Shown: positions 63,531-64,000 of the stretch, one piece after another
Layout of the letters: the number at the start of each line of letters is the position of its first letter
Position numbering within the stretch: the stretch's first letter is position 1
Assembly (NCBI RefSeq): GCF_006345805.1
Contig: NC_043000.1
Location: forward strand, 81,344,001-81,408,000
Source: Octopus sinensis
Taxonomy: Eukaryota
DNA: 64,000 bases
Direction of reading: 5' to 3'
Program-made: the position numbers and the translations under genes
Notes under the pieces: generated by a model
What the model was told of the DNA's origin: nothing
Databases searched by the model: none
The model's input: the letters and a program-made list of their open reading frames with translations, nothing else

Positions 63531-64000
63531 GAATATGTGTGTGTGTGTGAAAGCAAGAGAGAGAAAGAGAGAAAAGTGAGGTAGTTTTGAGACACAGAAA
63601 GAGATATACAAAAGTACGAAACAAGTACAAATACAAAACAGGTTATGTGTTTGACAAAGTTGATTTATATTCACTTAAAGCTGTTTCGTTGATTACTCAC
63701 ACATGCATATATACACTCACTTTGAGTGAGCATACGTAGTTATACATCTGTATGCACACACAAACACACACATATTCCAATATATACATAAACACATATA
63801 TTGCACAAGTCACTAATAATATCACATAATATTATCAATTGGTTATGAAATTTAGTGAGTCCCAAGCAGTCCTCAGGATATTGTTATGTTGTCTGCTTAA
63901 TGTTATCAGTTATTGTCATCTAAAAGACTGTCCCAAAATTGTTTTATGTGTTGGCCTCTAGATATGTACATACTCATACATGCTCAGACACACACACACA

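Overview
Eukaryotic, AT-rich, microsatellite-saturated DNA. The SINE repertoire and (AAT)n/(CAT)n/(TA)n density suggest a cephalopod (Octopus-like) genome; this is an inference. No host protein-coding exon could be supported, and most ORF-track entries are microsatellite or antisense-TE artefacts. The window is a transposon graveyard: a 5'-truncated Penelope-like element (RT + GIY-YIG, Naiad-type motifs, ~22.4-26.5 kb), a near full-length Tx1/L1-clade LINE whose 5' part is inverted relative to its 3' part (~11.0-16.4 kb), a second Tx1 3' fragment, an IR/DR Tc1 element with a nested SINE, mariner remnants, a deleted Helitron, CR1- and RTE-type LINE fragments, piggyBac-like MITEs and many tRNA-derived SINEs. 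The most notable signal is a set of type I hammerhead ribozyme motifs. One has an intact core and an elongated stem II at the Penelope 3' end. One is a minimal copy at 59.5 kb. Several decayed copies lie in short non-coding elements beside microsatellites, some with inverted (fold-back) duplications. All alignments and folds were done by eye, so boundaries are approximate.
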